A stretch of DNA of 64,000 bases, from the NCBI GenBank assembly GCA_046483985.1, contig JAWOCD010000005.1, forward strand, positions 1 to 64,000, written 5' to 3'. The notes beneath the pieces were generated by a model, which was not told the DNA's origin, did no database searches, and was given only the letters and a program-made list of their open reading frames with translations. Below are positions 8,385 through 18,548 of the stretch, one piece after another. Both the position numbers and the translations under genes were made by a program. The stretch is from Promethearchaeia archaeon (GTDB lineage: Archaea > Asgardarchaeota > Lokiarchaeia > Sigyniarchaeales > SOKP01). The first letter of the stretch is position 1, and the number at the start of each line of letters is the position of its first letter.

Positions 8385-9077
8385 TTAACCTTTTTGAATG
8401 ATAAGGGCAATATGGTTCGCTGCAAATTTATGGATATTTATGGTTTCTACGATTTGATATCCCGCTTCTTTGAATTGTTCTTTTTCCTCCTTATAGACTT
8501 TTTCTGAGCTCTTTACACTATTAATGGATTGTGATTTTATTGCAACAATGATAATGCCCTTTTCCTTTAAATAATAATCAGAATTTGCGATTGCAATTTC
8601 CGCCTGATTTGGCTGGGCAACATCTTGGTATATGAGATCTATATTTGTAAATATCGATTCTGCAAATTTATGAGGATATCGGGCGTCATCTAAGATGGGA
8701 ATAATATTTTCTCTTTCCGTTGTATTTTGAATTAATTGTCGCATACTTCGGGGTGCAAACTCCACTCCATATATAACTCCCTTATGGGCAATATCCGAAA
8801 GGTGAGAAATGGTAGTCCCTGAGGAGGCTCCTAAATAAAGACATTTTAAATCATCAGAGAGAAAATTTAGCATTGGGTTGTTTAACAATATTGCTGCTAA
8901 TTTACTTCGATAAGGATCCCAACCCCGGTATTCTTCATTTTTAAATTGATGTAGTCTTTCTCCATATACCTGATTTCCGGGAATCAAGTTCTTAGTATAT
9001 AATTTCCAATTCCCAGCGGGACCAGATACAAATACTCCGTTAAATTTCGGATGACTCCTAATTGTCTTATTTCCCAT
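8385..9077 (-). CDS. flpA: Fibrillarin-like rRNA/tRNA 2'-O-methyltransferase
   Basis: VYGE, WDPYRSKLAA, LYLGASSGTTISHLSD, DVAQPNQ. Confidence 0.97.
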   Translation of the reverse strand: MGNKTIRSHPKFNGVFVSGPAGNWKLYTKNLIPGNQVYGERLHQFKNEEYRGWDPYRSKLAAILLNNPMLNFLSDDLKCLYLGASSGTTISHLSDIAHKGVIYGVEFAPRSMRQLIQNTTERENIIPILDDARYPHKFAESIFTNIDLIYQDVAQPNQAEIAIANSDYYLKEKGIIIVAIKSQSINSVKSSEKVYKEEKEQFKEAGYQIVETINIHKFAANHIALIIQKG

Positions 9078-9108
9078 TCTAAATCACTTTTAACATTTTA
9101 TAATTTTT

Positions 9109-10278
9109 TTATTTTGGCGGTTCTGGATATTTTTTTTCCAACTCTTTAATTTTTTCTTCAATTTCTTCTGCGTATTGATCTCCGATAAAGTCGCCAGAAA
9201 AATAGTCGACTTTTGCAGCAAGACCAAGTTTTCCAGCAATAAGGCGTGCGATCTTGCCACGTAACCATGGTTTTGCAGACCTAATTTGTTTCCATTGAAA
9301 GATGATTCCGTACTTAGGGCGTTTTTCTCCCGTCTTTAAGAAACGATATAATGCTTTCTCTGCTCCTAAAATTTGGATACGAGATGCAGGACTGTAAGCT
9401 AGTTCCTTCAAGCTTCCCGATTTTGAAATTAATTTCGCACCAATTAATGAACCAACGATAGCTTTCATATTGGGTGCTGTTTCTTCCATGAGTTCATCTA
9501 ACCGACCCTCCAAATCCTTCCGATAATTGTTAAGGCTTAATATCTTATCTGCAAACTGTTTGACCATTTTTAAATTAATATCTGCCCCCATGGAGATAGA
9601 AACTTTCTCTCTTATTTCTTTAATTTTTCTTTTTTCTCCCTCTAAAATGGATTTTAGATTTTCCTCAGTGAATTCCTTTTTCTTTCCCAATTCAGAAACA
9701 AGTCGAGAAAACACTATATTGTCATCGATAATTTTATCGCTTAATTCTGGGAAATGCAAGCCATACCATTCTTTTAACCGTCCCGAAAAGAGGCTTATGG
9801 TTTTTTTTAAGGTTTGTAAAGTTTCGATTATTTGAATTATGGTTACGTCATTCTTGGTTCCTTCTTGCTTAATATGATACTTGATCAATGCTTGATTTAC
9901 TTGTTTATAGGTTTCTTGAATTTCCTCCCTTGATTTTGAGATTCCAATCTTTTTAAGTTGAGTGGTAAGATTCAGTCGGAAATTTCTAAATTCCAAGGAG
10001 GAATAGTCTTTCTGAAGATTATAATTAAAGTGGTTGTCCAGTTTCGACTTCAATTCAAAATTATCCAAAATAAACTCTGTATACCCTGAATCTTCTAACT
10101 CTGAGAAAATTTCATTGAAAAATTCTAAATACGGTCCCAATTTCTTTTTGTAACGAATATATTTATAGAACTCCACAATATCATCAACTTCTCCATCGAA
10201 ATCCCGAAAATTAATAATGGTTCCTCTATCATCGATAGCGAAAATTCCTATTAGTGTATCTATTATCCAGCATTTCAT
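9109..10278 (-). CDS. nop5: C/D box sRNP protein Nop5 (Nop56/58 homolog)
   Basis: EWYGLHFPEL, SMGADI, PASRIQILGAEKAL, PKYGIIF; adjacent to fibrillarin. Confidence 0.96.
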   Translation of the reverse strand: MKCWIIDTLIGIFAIDDRGTIINFRDFDGEVDDIVEFYKYIRYKKKLGPYLEFFNEIFSELEDSGYTEFILDNFELKSKLDNHFNYNLQKDYSSLEFRNFRLNLTTQLKKIGISKSREEIQETYKQVNQALIKYHIKQEGTKNDVTIIQIIETLQTLKKTISLFSGRLKEWYGLHFPELSDKIIDDNIVFSRLVSELGKKKEFTEENLKSILEGEKRKIKEIREKVSISMGADINLKMVKQFADKILSLNNYRKDLEGRLDELMEETAPNMKAIVGSLIGAKLISKSGSLKELAYSPASRIQILGAEKALYRFLKTGEKRPKYGIIFQWKQIRSAKPWLRGKIARLIAGKLGLAAKVDYFSGDFIGDQYAEEIEEKIKELEKKYPEPPK

Positions 10279-10379
10279 GATAAACGCACATCTATGATTA
10301 ATTAAACAATTACTTAAACAATAATATTAATTATGTCTTAAATATAATAATAATCATCTTTCAATTTTATTGGAAAATT

Positions 10380-11306
10380 ATGCTTGAGATAAATATTTCT
10401 GGTTTAAAATTAGCCCCTCCTGTCATTCTTGCGTCTGGAATCTTAGGTATATCCTCAGGATCAATGTACAGAATAATTAAAGCGGGAGCGGGAGCAGTAA
10501 CCTCTAAATCTATCGGTCCTCAACCCAGAAAAGGATACAAAAACCCTTCCATTATTCAAGTATCAGATGATACTTTTATTAATAGCGTAGGATTGGCCAA
10601 TCCCGGAATCGATAATTTCATCTCAGAAATAAAAGAGATTAAAAAACAACACATTCCCCTTATCGTGAGTATATTTGGAAATGATGAGCGCACATATTTG
10701 GAAGTTGCAAAAAAGGCGGTTCATGCGGGAGCGGATGCAATCGAATTAAATATTTCTTGTCCTCACGCTGAAGTATCTTCTATCGGAATAGATGAGAAAT
10801 TGACATATTCTCTCATAAATTCCTTACGCTCTGTTATTAATAAACCACTCCTCGTAAAGTTAAATCCGAATGTCACTGATATTTGTAAAATCGCTAAGGC
10901 TGCAGAAAAAGCCGGTGCGGATGGAGTAGTGGCTATCAATACTATGGCAGCGATGGTAATTGATGTTGATGTCCAAAGACCAATCCTATCTCATGGGAGT
11001 GGAGGCCTTTCGGGAAGAGCAATTCATCCCATTGCCGTGAAAAAAGTCTATGATCTCTATGAAGATTTGGATATTCCGATTATTGCATGTGGTGGAATTC
11101 TAAGTTGGACTGACGCCATTGAGTTCTTTTTAGCCGGGGCGAGTGTGGTACAAATTGGAACTGCTTTACATAAAGGACCAGAAATTATCACAGAGATTGT
11201 GAAAGGGATAGAAACATATTTAAAAAAGGAAAATTATGAATCAATAAAAGACATAATTGGACTCTCTCATCAATTTAAACTACAAGAGGTACCGGATTTT
11301 GAATAA
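10380..11306 (+). CDS. pyrD: Dihydroorotate dehydrogenase family 1B, catalytic subunit
   Basis: ELNISCPH, KLNPNVTDI, AINT, GGLSG, VQIGTA. Confidence 0.95.
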   Translation: MLEINISGLKLAPPVILASGILGISSGSMYRIIKAGAGAVTSKSIGPQPRKGYKNPSIIQVSDDTFINSVGLANPGIDNFISEIKEIKKQHIPLIVSIFGNDERTYLEVAKKAVHAGADAIELNISCPHAEVSSIGIDEKLTYSLINSLRSVINKPLLVKLNPNVTDICKIAKAAEKAGADGVVAINTMAAMVIDVDVQRPILSHGSGGLSGRAIHPIAVKKVYDLYEDLDIPIIACGGILSWTDAIEFFLAGASVVQIGTALHKGPEIITEIVKGIETYLKKENYESIKDIIGLSHQFKLQEVPDFE

Positions 11307-12135
11307 ATATCGTCCAAAAATCTTTAAAATTAAACGGATAATTAATCGATGTAAGGATGTTAAAACATTTATCATAAAGACTAATGATCTTGCCACACCT
11401 AAGCCTGGGCAATTCGTTATGATTTGGATACCTGGAGTAGATGAAGTGCCCATGTCTCTTTCTGGCTATGATAAAAAAGGAAATTGGGGCATTACAGTCA
11501 AGAAAATAGGAAAATGCACCGCAGCAATGCACAATTTACAAATTAATGACTATGTCGGAATTAGGGGCCCCTTAGGAAATTACTTTAAAATTCCTGATAA
11601 AAACAAAGAAATTTTTTTAATTGCTGGCGGAATAGGATCTGCTCCGTTAAAGTGCCTTGCATTTGATTTAAGTCAAAAAGGGTATTCCTTTTCATTCATA
11701 GAAGGTGCTAAAATCCACAATGAGCTAATGTTCATGGATGAATTTCGTGTTATCAAGAAAAAGGATACCGAGTTTCTCTTTTGTACGGATGACGGAAGTT
11801 ATGGACATGAAGGGTTTCCCACAAAGATATTTAGAAATAAAATCAAAAACTTTTCCACGGATAGACTTTCTGATGTGGTAGTCTATACATGTGGTCCAGA
11901 GAAAATGATGTATGAATTATTCGAGATTTGTGAGCAAAACAACATCCAGATGTTTGCTTCGTTGGAGAGGAATATGAGGTGCGGATGCGGCTTATGTGGC
12001 CTATGTACCTTGGATCCACTTGGTTTAACAGTTTGTAAAGATGGACCCGTTTTTGAGTCCAACGTTTTAAGGAAGCTCAGCGATTTTGGAAAATATAAGC
12101 GTAAATTCAATGGAACAAAGGAAAAAATTGACTAA
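11257..12135 (+). CDS. pyrK: Dihydroorotate dehydrogenase electron transfer subunit
   Basis: PGQFVM, RGPLGN, AGGIG, CGPEKM, MRCGCGLCGLC...VCKDGPVF; likely start TTG 11299 after gaggt. Confidence 0.94.
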   Translation: MDSLINLNYKRYRILNKYRPKIFKIKRIINRCKDVKTFIIKTNDLATPKPGQFVMIWIPGVDEVPMSLSGYDKKGNWGITVKKIGKCTAAMHNLQINDYVGIRGPLGNYFKIPDKNKEIFLIAGGIGSAPLKCLAFDLSQKGYSFSFIEGAKIHNELMFMDEFRVIKKKDTEFLFCTDDGSYGHEGFPTKIFRNKIKNFSTDRLSDVVVYTCGPEKMMYELFEICEQNNIQMFASLERNMRCGCGLCGLCTLDPLGLTVCKDGPVFESNVLRKLSDFGKYKRKFNGTKEKID

Positions 12136-12567
12136 TAAAGAGAGGAACTTTATTGATTTTTTATTATTAGTATTCATAAAAAGGTTTTAATCTAAGAGCT
12201 ATTTTGTCATGATAATTACTTATTTTATCATTTTTGGTAAAAATGTATCTATTTTGATAAAAAAATAATACCGTGTTGATCTTTTTAGAATCATTCTCAT
12301 ATTTTAAAAAAATAAAATTTAATGAGGAGAAACTCTAAAGCCTCCAGGATCTGAATTTTATTATCTTTCTTATGGTGATTTTCTATTATTTTTTAATCAT
12401 AACATTTAAATATATGGGTGTATACTTTTTTACTATCAAATGAAGATTGTGTGTATAAAAAAATATTCTTTCACTTTTTAATGGTAAAAAATCCATTTTA
12501 GTCTAAAAATATTTTTTGTGATATGCATATTCTTCTTTAATATTTATCTAATAACAGGTAGTTTAAA

Positions 12568-13452
12568 ATGGTTGAAGTAGAACAGAATCTCCAGATGAAT
12601 CTTTGTCCAGAATGTGGTGGTAGTGTAGTATCTACTCACCAACGGGGAGAAATTGTATGTAGAAAATGTGGTCTCGTAGTGAGTGAAAGAGAAATAGATC
12701 TTAACCATAGTGGGGTAAGAGCATATAGTAAACAGGAAAAAGATAAAAAAGCAAGAACGGGAAGTCCTATTTCTATACTTATGCCCGATATTGGCTTAAG
12801 TACGGTCATAGATCGCTCAAAAATAAAAAACCCCGATCTACGCCGAGCCGCTAAATGGAATACTCATATGAGCTGGAAAAATAGAAACATGCTGATAGCA
12901 ATAACGGAATTGAAACGAATCGGAAGTAACTTGAACATTCCGACACGGGTTTTAAAGGCAACAGTTCATTTATATAAAAAAGTATTTGGACGAAATCTAT
13001 TAAGAGGAAGATCTATAAATGGGATGATTACTGCTTGTGCGTACTATAAATGCAAAGAAGAGAAAATTCCTATTACTATGCAAGAAATTTTAGATGAAGC
13101 ATCCATTAATTCTAATATTGTAAAAAAATGCTATAAAGTTTTAGTGAGAGAATTTAATTTACAGACTCATCATTTAGATCCCATCTCATTGATCCCTCGA
13201 TATTGTGCTGAGCTTGGCTTGGGAATTGAGGTTGAAAAATCAACAATTAATTTGCTTAAAAAATTTCTCTCTGAAGCTTCTATTTGCGGAAAAGATCCCA
13301 AGGGATTATGTGCAGGAGCGCTCTATTTAATTGCTAAGTTAAAAAATCAGAAAGTAAGCCAAAAAGAAATTTCAAAAATGGTTAATGTTACGGAGGTAAC
13401 ACTACGCTCTCGCTATAAGGAATTATTAAACCACGTTAGTTTTAAATTCTAA
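12568..13452 (+). CDS. tfb: Transcription initiation factor IIB (divergent paralog)
   Basis: CPECG..GEIVCRKCGLV zinc ribbon; LLRGRSI; GKDPKGLCAGALY; SQKEIS..VTEVTLRSRYKEL. Confidence 0.93.
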   Translation: MVEVEQNLQMNLCPECGGSVVSTHQRGEIVCRKCGLVVSEREIDLNHSGVRAYSKQEKDKKARTGSPISILMPDIGLSTVIDRSKIKNPDLRRAAKWNTHMSWKNRNMLIAITELKRIGSNLNIPTRVLKATVHLYKKVFGRNLLRGRSINGMITACAYYKCKEEKIPITMQEILDEASINSNIVKKCYKVLVREFNLQTHHLDPISLIPRYCAELGLGIEVEKSTINLLKKFLSEASICGKDPKGLCAGALYLIAKLKNQKVSQKEISKMVNVTEVTLRSRYKELLNHVSFKF

Positions 13453-13457
13453 ATACT

Positions 13458-14939
13458 TTATTTACCTATTTTTTTACTTGTATCCCTTAGAAGCACATTA
13501 TACCAATCGTCGTGATACTTTTTCCACATTGCTAAACCAAATATATTCTTATAATTAAAGAAATTCTTAAGGAGAGGAAAATATTTTTCTTTATAATCAA
13601 AAATTAGAGAATTTAAGGAATAATTTTTAGAAGGCTTATTGGGAACTGATACTTTTAATTGATTCATTTTCCTTTTCCACCATTCCTTAATAAAGATAGT
13701 CCCAAATTTTTTCTCAAATTGTTTCATATGATGGTACACAAATACATTTGGATAATTTGAAAATAGAGTTGGACCTATTTGGATTTTATTACTTTTTATG
13801 TTTTCTTGGAGGAAATTTATCGTATTATCAAAAGTAACTGAGTTTTCTCCCGGAAAACCGGCAAGGATATTAACTCTACAATAGGTTCCTGGGTTTTCAT
13901 TGTAAATTTTTAATATTTTCTTCATATTTTTAACATAACGGGGGGGATATTTGGTTTTATGCATTTCTTTTAATAAATTGTAATCCGCCGACTCAAATCC
14001 AAATCCGATGATGAAATTATTCTTCCTAAGACGTTTTAGATTGTTGTTTTTCGCAGCGGTTTCAACTCTAGATTGACAAGAAAAGATAAATTCTTCATGG
14101 AGTTCATTTTTTTCAATGTATTCAATTAATTCCTTTTTAATCTTGACTTTATTGAACAATTGATCAGCAAATATAATTTTTGGATTTTTGGGATTATATT
14201 CCTGGACAATATTACATAGATTCTCAAATCTATGCTTGAAAGAATCAAAATTAAAGGACCGGAATTTGAAATTTTTAGCGCAAAAAGCACATTGATAAGG
14301 GCACCCTCTTGAAGTATATATCTCAAAATTGAATCTATTTTTAAAAGGATAATTATTTAAGTATTGGGAATAATCGGGTATGGGAAGCTTATTGATATCT
14401 ATTAGTTTATCCGCGGATAAGACGCACGATCTTCCTTTATTGGCTTTAATGTTTCTATTCTTATTTCTCTGTAATAAATTTAACAGTACACCTTCTCCTT
14501 CGCCTTTGATTATAAAATCGAATGGAGATTTTTCATATGTAAAATCGTGGGGTATTGCCGTTGGATGGTATCCTCCGGTAAAAATAATTTTATTGGGGAA
14601 CTGCTCTTTTAAAATTTCCGCAATATATTTACTAAATAGGTATTGAAAACTTGTATAACAACTAATACCAATATAATTATACTCTGAAATATTATAGGTT
14701 TCTAAAATATGAATAAATTCTTTTTTATATTCAACTAAATCTGGTATTTTATGATTTAAAGTACTATGCTTTTCGTTTTCGATCCGTAAATCAATAATAT
14801 TAGTATTTGCATTTAGTCTCTTTTTTAAAAAAGCGGATATCTGTAATGTACCAAGGGGAATATCGTTGTAATATAAATATTTTTGATAATCCTCAATATA
14901 GAAAAAATCAGGAATTAAGAATAATATATTAACTGCCAT
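13458..14939 (-). CDS. B12-binding-domain radical SAM protein
   Basis: PLGTLQISAFLK, GGYHPT, GEGE, TSRGCPYQCAFC, GFESAD, GFPGE. Confidence 0.9.
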   Translation of the reverse strand: MAVNILFLIPDFFYIEDYQKYLYYNDIPLGTLQISAFLKKRLNANTNIIDLRIENEKHSTLNHKIPDLVEYKKEFIHILETYNISEYNYIGISCYTSFQYLFSKYIAEILKEQFPNKIIFTGGYHPTAIPHDFTYEKSPFDFIIKGEGEGVLLNLLQRNKNRNIKANKGRSCVLSADKLIDINKLPIPDYSQYLNNYPFKNRFNFEIYTSRGCPYQCAFCAKNFKFRSFNFDSFKHRFENLCNIVQEYNPKNPKIIFADQLFNKVKIKKELIEYIEKNELHEEFIFSCQSRVETAAKNNNLKRLRKNNFIIGFGFESADYNLLKEMHKTKYPPRYVKNMKKILKIYNENPGTYCRVNILAGFPGENSVTFDNTINFLQENIKSNKIQIGPTLFSNYPNVFVYHHMKQFEKKFGTIFIKEWWKRKMNQLKVSVPNKPSKNYSLNSLIFDYKEKYFPLLKNFFNYKNIFGLAMWKKYHDDWYNVLLRDTSKKIGK

Positions 14940-15004
14940 TGGAATATGTGTTATTTAGCAATATTTCCATATCCAAATTTAAAAACCTCTAAATTTTACT
15001 TTAT

Positions 15005-16114
15005 TTACATTCCTTGGTTTTTTAAAAATTTGGCATAATTTAGAAATTTTCTATACGTATTTTCAAAGAATAACTTATATCCCTCACAGAAATAAGTTTT
15101 GCTTTTTTCTTTCATATTTGATGTTTTTCTATCTTTTACACACCCGCCATGGCAGAATTTTAACCATTTGCAGTCGCTACATTCCTTTGGTAAATTTCCT
15201 TTTAAATCCATGAATTGCTCATTTCTACGTTGTTTTAATCCTGAAAACGTATTTTCTTTGAAATTTCCTAATTTATACTCTTGATTGACAAAAAAATCGC
15301 ATGGATACACATCGCCGTTCCATTCTATTACCATATATTCCCCACATTTTTTATTTAGAGCACAATAGCCCCTGGGATAATCTAATATTTGCGACAATAT
15401 CGAGTTAAAAATACGTATATGCATTTCTTGGGGATTTTTTATCCAAAGATCAAAAAGATCCGTCAAAAATTTTCCGTATTGTCTTGGGCTGACACAGAAA
15501 TTCGCAATCTTTCCTTCTCTATTTAATTCTAGCGTGGGAATAAACTGTACATGATGAAAATCGTGCGCCAAGAAAAAATTATACAATTTCTGTACCCGAT
15601 TTATATTGGCTTTACTGAGCACACATAAAATATTGAAATTGACTTGATGCTGTTTTAAAACTTCCGTTGCTTGCATAACTTTTGACCAGACAGACTCATG
15701 TTTTTTTGACCTCCGATATTTATCATGCATCTCTTTTGGACCATCAAGGCTTATTCCTACAAGAAATTTATATTTCGAAAGAAATTTTGCCCAGTTCTCA
15801 TCTAATAATATCCCGTTTGTTTGTAATGCATTTCCGATAACTTGCCCTGTTTCTCCATATTTTTGTTGAAGTTCTACAACCTTTTCAAAAAATTTCAACC
15901 CCATTAAGGTTGGTTCTCCCCCTTGCCATCCAAAAATTGATTCTTTAAATCTAAAACTCAAAAATTTAGAGATCATTGTCTCTAAGACATCTTCACTCAT
16001 TCTCGGATGCTTTATTTTCGGATATTCCTTACAAACTCTTAGATAAAAGCAATATCTACAATAAAGATTGCAATCAAACGATGCTGGTTTAATAAGAAGT
16101 TGAAATTGTTTCAA
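15005..16114 (-). CDS. Anaerobic sulfatase maturase-like radical SAM/SPASM enzyme
   Basis: KPASFDCNLYCRYCFY, WQGGEPTL, QTNG, ISLDGP, GDVYPCDF, CSDCKWLKFCHGGC. Confidence 0.92.
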   Translation of the reverse strand: MKQFQLLIKPASFDCNLYCRYCFYLRVCKEYPKIKHPRMSEDVLETMISKFLSFRFKESIFGWQGGEPTLMGLKFFEKVVELQQKYGETGQVIGNALQTNGILLDENWAKFLSKYKFLVGISLDGPKEMHDKYRRSKKHESVWSKVMQATEVLKQHQVNFNILCVLSKANINRVQKLYNFFLAHDFHHVQFIPTLELNREGKIANFCVSPRQYGKFLTDLFDLWIKNPQEMHIRIFNSILSQILDYPRGYCALNKKCGEYMVIEWNGDVYPCDFFVNQEYKLGNFKENTFSGLKQRRNEQFMDLKGNLPKECSDCKWLKFCHGGCVKDRKTSNMKEKSKTYFCEGYKLFFENTYRKFLNYAKFLKNQGM

Positions 16115-16320
16115 TTTTAATCAATCATTTTTAATTGAATTCTCTGAAATATTATTGGGTTGTCTGTTCTTCATTCTTTCGCTTGAAATCTTTTTCTTTC
16201 TCATTTTTAAGAACCAATAGATCATAACAATCCAAATATTTTTAAATTAATCGAGAATATATTTAAATCTTTGAAAAATAAGATTAAATGCTCAAAAGAA
16301 ATGGATTAATTAAAACTAGT

Positions 16321-17046
16321 TTAATTTTTGTGACCTGTGCGTCTTGCAGAGATTTGTCCCACTTTTCGCCCTGGAGGAGTATTCCTTCCTACGGTAGTTG
16401 ATTTATGAGATGATTGCTTTTGACCTCCTCCATGAGGATGAGCAACTGCATTCATTGTACAACCACGAACAATGGGCCATTTCTTTCCTTTGGGTTTTAA
16501 ATGATGATATTTTGCTCCAGCTTTCAAGAATGGCTTGTCAGTTCTCCCTCCGCCCGCTACTACACCAATAGTACATAGGCATTTGGGATTAAACCATTTT
16601 CTTTTTTTGGACCTGAAAATGACTTGTACTTTCCCATCCTTTTGTTTCTCATTTATAATTGCCGAAACTCCCGAAGATCTTGCAAACTTACCTCCATCTC
16701 CGGGTCTAGCTTCAATATTGTAGATTAAAACACCGATAGGAACTTCCCTTATTGGCAAGACATTTCCTACTTTAATATCAACATTTATTAAAGATTGAGT
16801 AAATTTATCACCCACAAAAATCCCTTCTGGGGGGAGCCATAAATCTTTTACACCATCTTCATAGCGAATTTTTGCAACAGGAGCCCCTCTTCCAGGAGAA
16901 TGTAATAAATCAATTACTTCAAATGTGAATTCTTTCTCATTCTCTTTAAAACTACGATATTTTACTCTCCCAAGATGTCGATGAGCTGGAGAGCGAGACC
17001 ATAAGTTTCCTTGTCCTTTCCTTTGAGCTAGAATGCGCTTTCCCAT
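16321..17046 (-). CDS. rpl2: 50S ribosomal protein uL2
   Basis: MGKRILAQRKG, HSPGRGAP, PGDGGKFARSSG, WPIVRG.MNAVAHPHGGG; ATG 17046 preferred over 17058. Confidence 0.97.
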   Translation of the reverse strand: MGKRILAQRKGQGNLWSRSPAHRHLGRVKYRSFKENEKEFTFEVIDLLHSPGRGAPVAKIRYEDGVKDLWLPPEGIFVGDKFTQSLINVDIKVGNVLPIREVPIGVLIYNIEARPGDGGKFARSSGVSAIINEKQKDGKVQVIFRSKKRKWFNPKCLCTIGVVAGGGRTDKPFLKAGAKYHHLKPKGKKWPIVRGCTMNAVAHPHGGGQKQSSHKSTTVGRNTPPGRKVGQISARRTGHKN

Positions 17047-17186
17047 TTGTATCATCACGAAATATTTTAGAATTAAATAACTTAATTAATAAAGATTTAA
17101 AATTTTTATTAATTTCTCCTTCCTCACTACGAAAACAAGGAAAGAGCATAAAGGAAGTTAATTTAAAAAAAATAAAAATTACGTTT

Positions 17187-18545
17187 TTACTCATTGAGTA
17201 GGTTTTTAATATCCCGCTCAGAATAATTAAAGGCAATGGGTATCTCTCGTTTCAAAAATTCTCCAGCAATATTAGTTTTTAACAGTCTTGAAACCTCATT
17301 CTTATTGGTAGTTTGTCCTAATACCCAGCCAAGCTTTACATAGCCCACCTCTGGGATCATATTTCTTCCAGGGATAACACCCAAATTAAGCAATTCTCTC
17401 CCTGTAGAATAGACGTTCATTCCCGTAAACCCATGAAGAGTCTGGACAGTCATTAAAATCGTGATCCCCTCTTCAATAGCCCGTTCAATGGCATTATAAA
17501 AATTCTCGCCTACATGTCCGAGACCAGTTCCTGCCAAAACAATCCCCTTATATCCCATATCGATATAATGATGTAGAATCTCATCATCCAACCCTGGATG
17601 ATAGTATATCAGCCCTATCTTCTTTTCAAATTTCGTTTTAGCTACTGTCTCTTTATTTGATCTTTTTTGATAATCATTTTTCAGCATATTAATTTCTCTA
17701 TCCTTTACAACGCCCAAAGGAATATCATCAATTGTCCGAAAAGTAGCCCTCACCGAGGAATGCATTTTCCTTACTAATGTCCCACGATGAATAAATCCAT
17801 AATTATGAGACGAAGACCCCAACATACATAAAACGACTTCAGCAATATCTGAAGTTGCGGTGACTGTTGCATTGATGAGATTTAGAGCAGCGTCTGAGGA
17901 GGGCCTATCGGAACTACGTTGGCTTCCCACGAGAACAACGGGTATCGATAAATCCTTTAACATAAACGACAGAGCAGCGGCTGTATAGCCCATTGTATCC
18001 GTTCCATGTCCGATAACGATTCCCTCTATTCCTGAATTAGCTGCTGTTTCAATTTTTTTGGCTAACTGTTGCCAATATTGGGGTTTCATATTTTCCGATA
18101 AGATTTCAAAGACAATTTCCGTGTCCAAATTACAAATTTCAGCTAATTCTGGCACGGAACTAAATAATTCTCCAGGAGTGAATGATGGAATCACCGCACC
18201 AGTTGTATAATCTAATCGGGATGCTACTGTTCCGCCAGTCCCAAACAATTTAATATTAGGCAAATCTTCGTTTTTGGGGAATTCCTTCTCGGGAATTTGA
18301 TATTTTGCTTCCTTTTCTCCAATTTTTTTAATCTTAGAAATATCTGAAACGCTTATTCCTACGTTATAATTATTTGCGAGTTTAATTTCGATATAATTTG
18401 GTGGGGATGTCTCAATCCTCGGAAGCAATATTCCTTCAAACTCATTTTTCTCAGTTGTGATCTGAAGAATATCCCAAACCTCTATCTCTTTTTCCGTTAG
18501 GATCTCTAATGCCTTATCTTTATATCCTTTTAAATTTTCAGTCAA
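17187..18545 (-). CDS. gatD: Glu-tRNA(Gln) amidotransferase subunit D
   Basis: GTGGTVASRLDYTTGAV, HGTDTM, GSQRSSDRPSSD, RKMHSS. Confidence 0.97.
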   Translation of the reverse strand: MTENLKGYKDKALEILTEKEIEVWDILQITTEKNEFEGILLPRIETSPPNYIEIKLANNYNVGISVSDISKIKKIGEKEAKYQIPEKEFPKNEDLPNIKLFGTGGTVASRLDYTTGAVIPSFTPGELFSSVPELAEICNLDTEIVFEILSENMKPQYWQQLAKKIETAANSGIEGIVIGHGTDTMGYTAAALSFMLKDLSIPVVLVGSQRSSDRPSSDAALNLINATVTATSDIAEVVLCMLGSSSHNYGFIHRGTLVRKMHSSVRATFRTIDDIPLGVVKDREINMLKNDYQKRSNKETVAKTKFEKKIGLIYYHPGLDDEILHHYIDMGYKGIVLAGTGLGHVGENFYNAIERAIEEGITILMTVQTLHGFTGMNVYSTGRELLNLGVIPGRNMIPEVGYVKLGWVLGQTTNKNEVSRLLKTNIAGEFLKREIPIAFNYSERDIKNLLNE

Positions 18546-18548
18546 TTT

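Noticed and set aside
16122-16226. Short minus-strand ORF upstream of the SPASM enzyme as a possible RiPP precursor
   Set aside because: No Cys-rich or repeated core and no clear SD; indistinguishable from chance in AT-rich DNA
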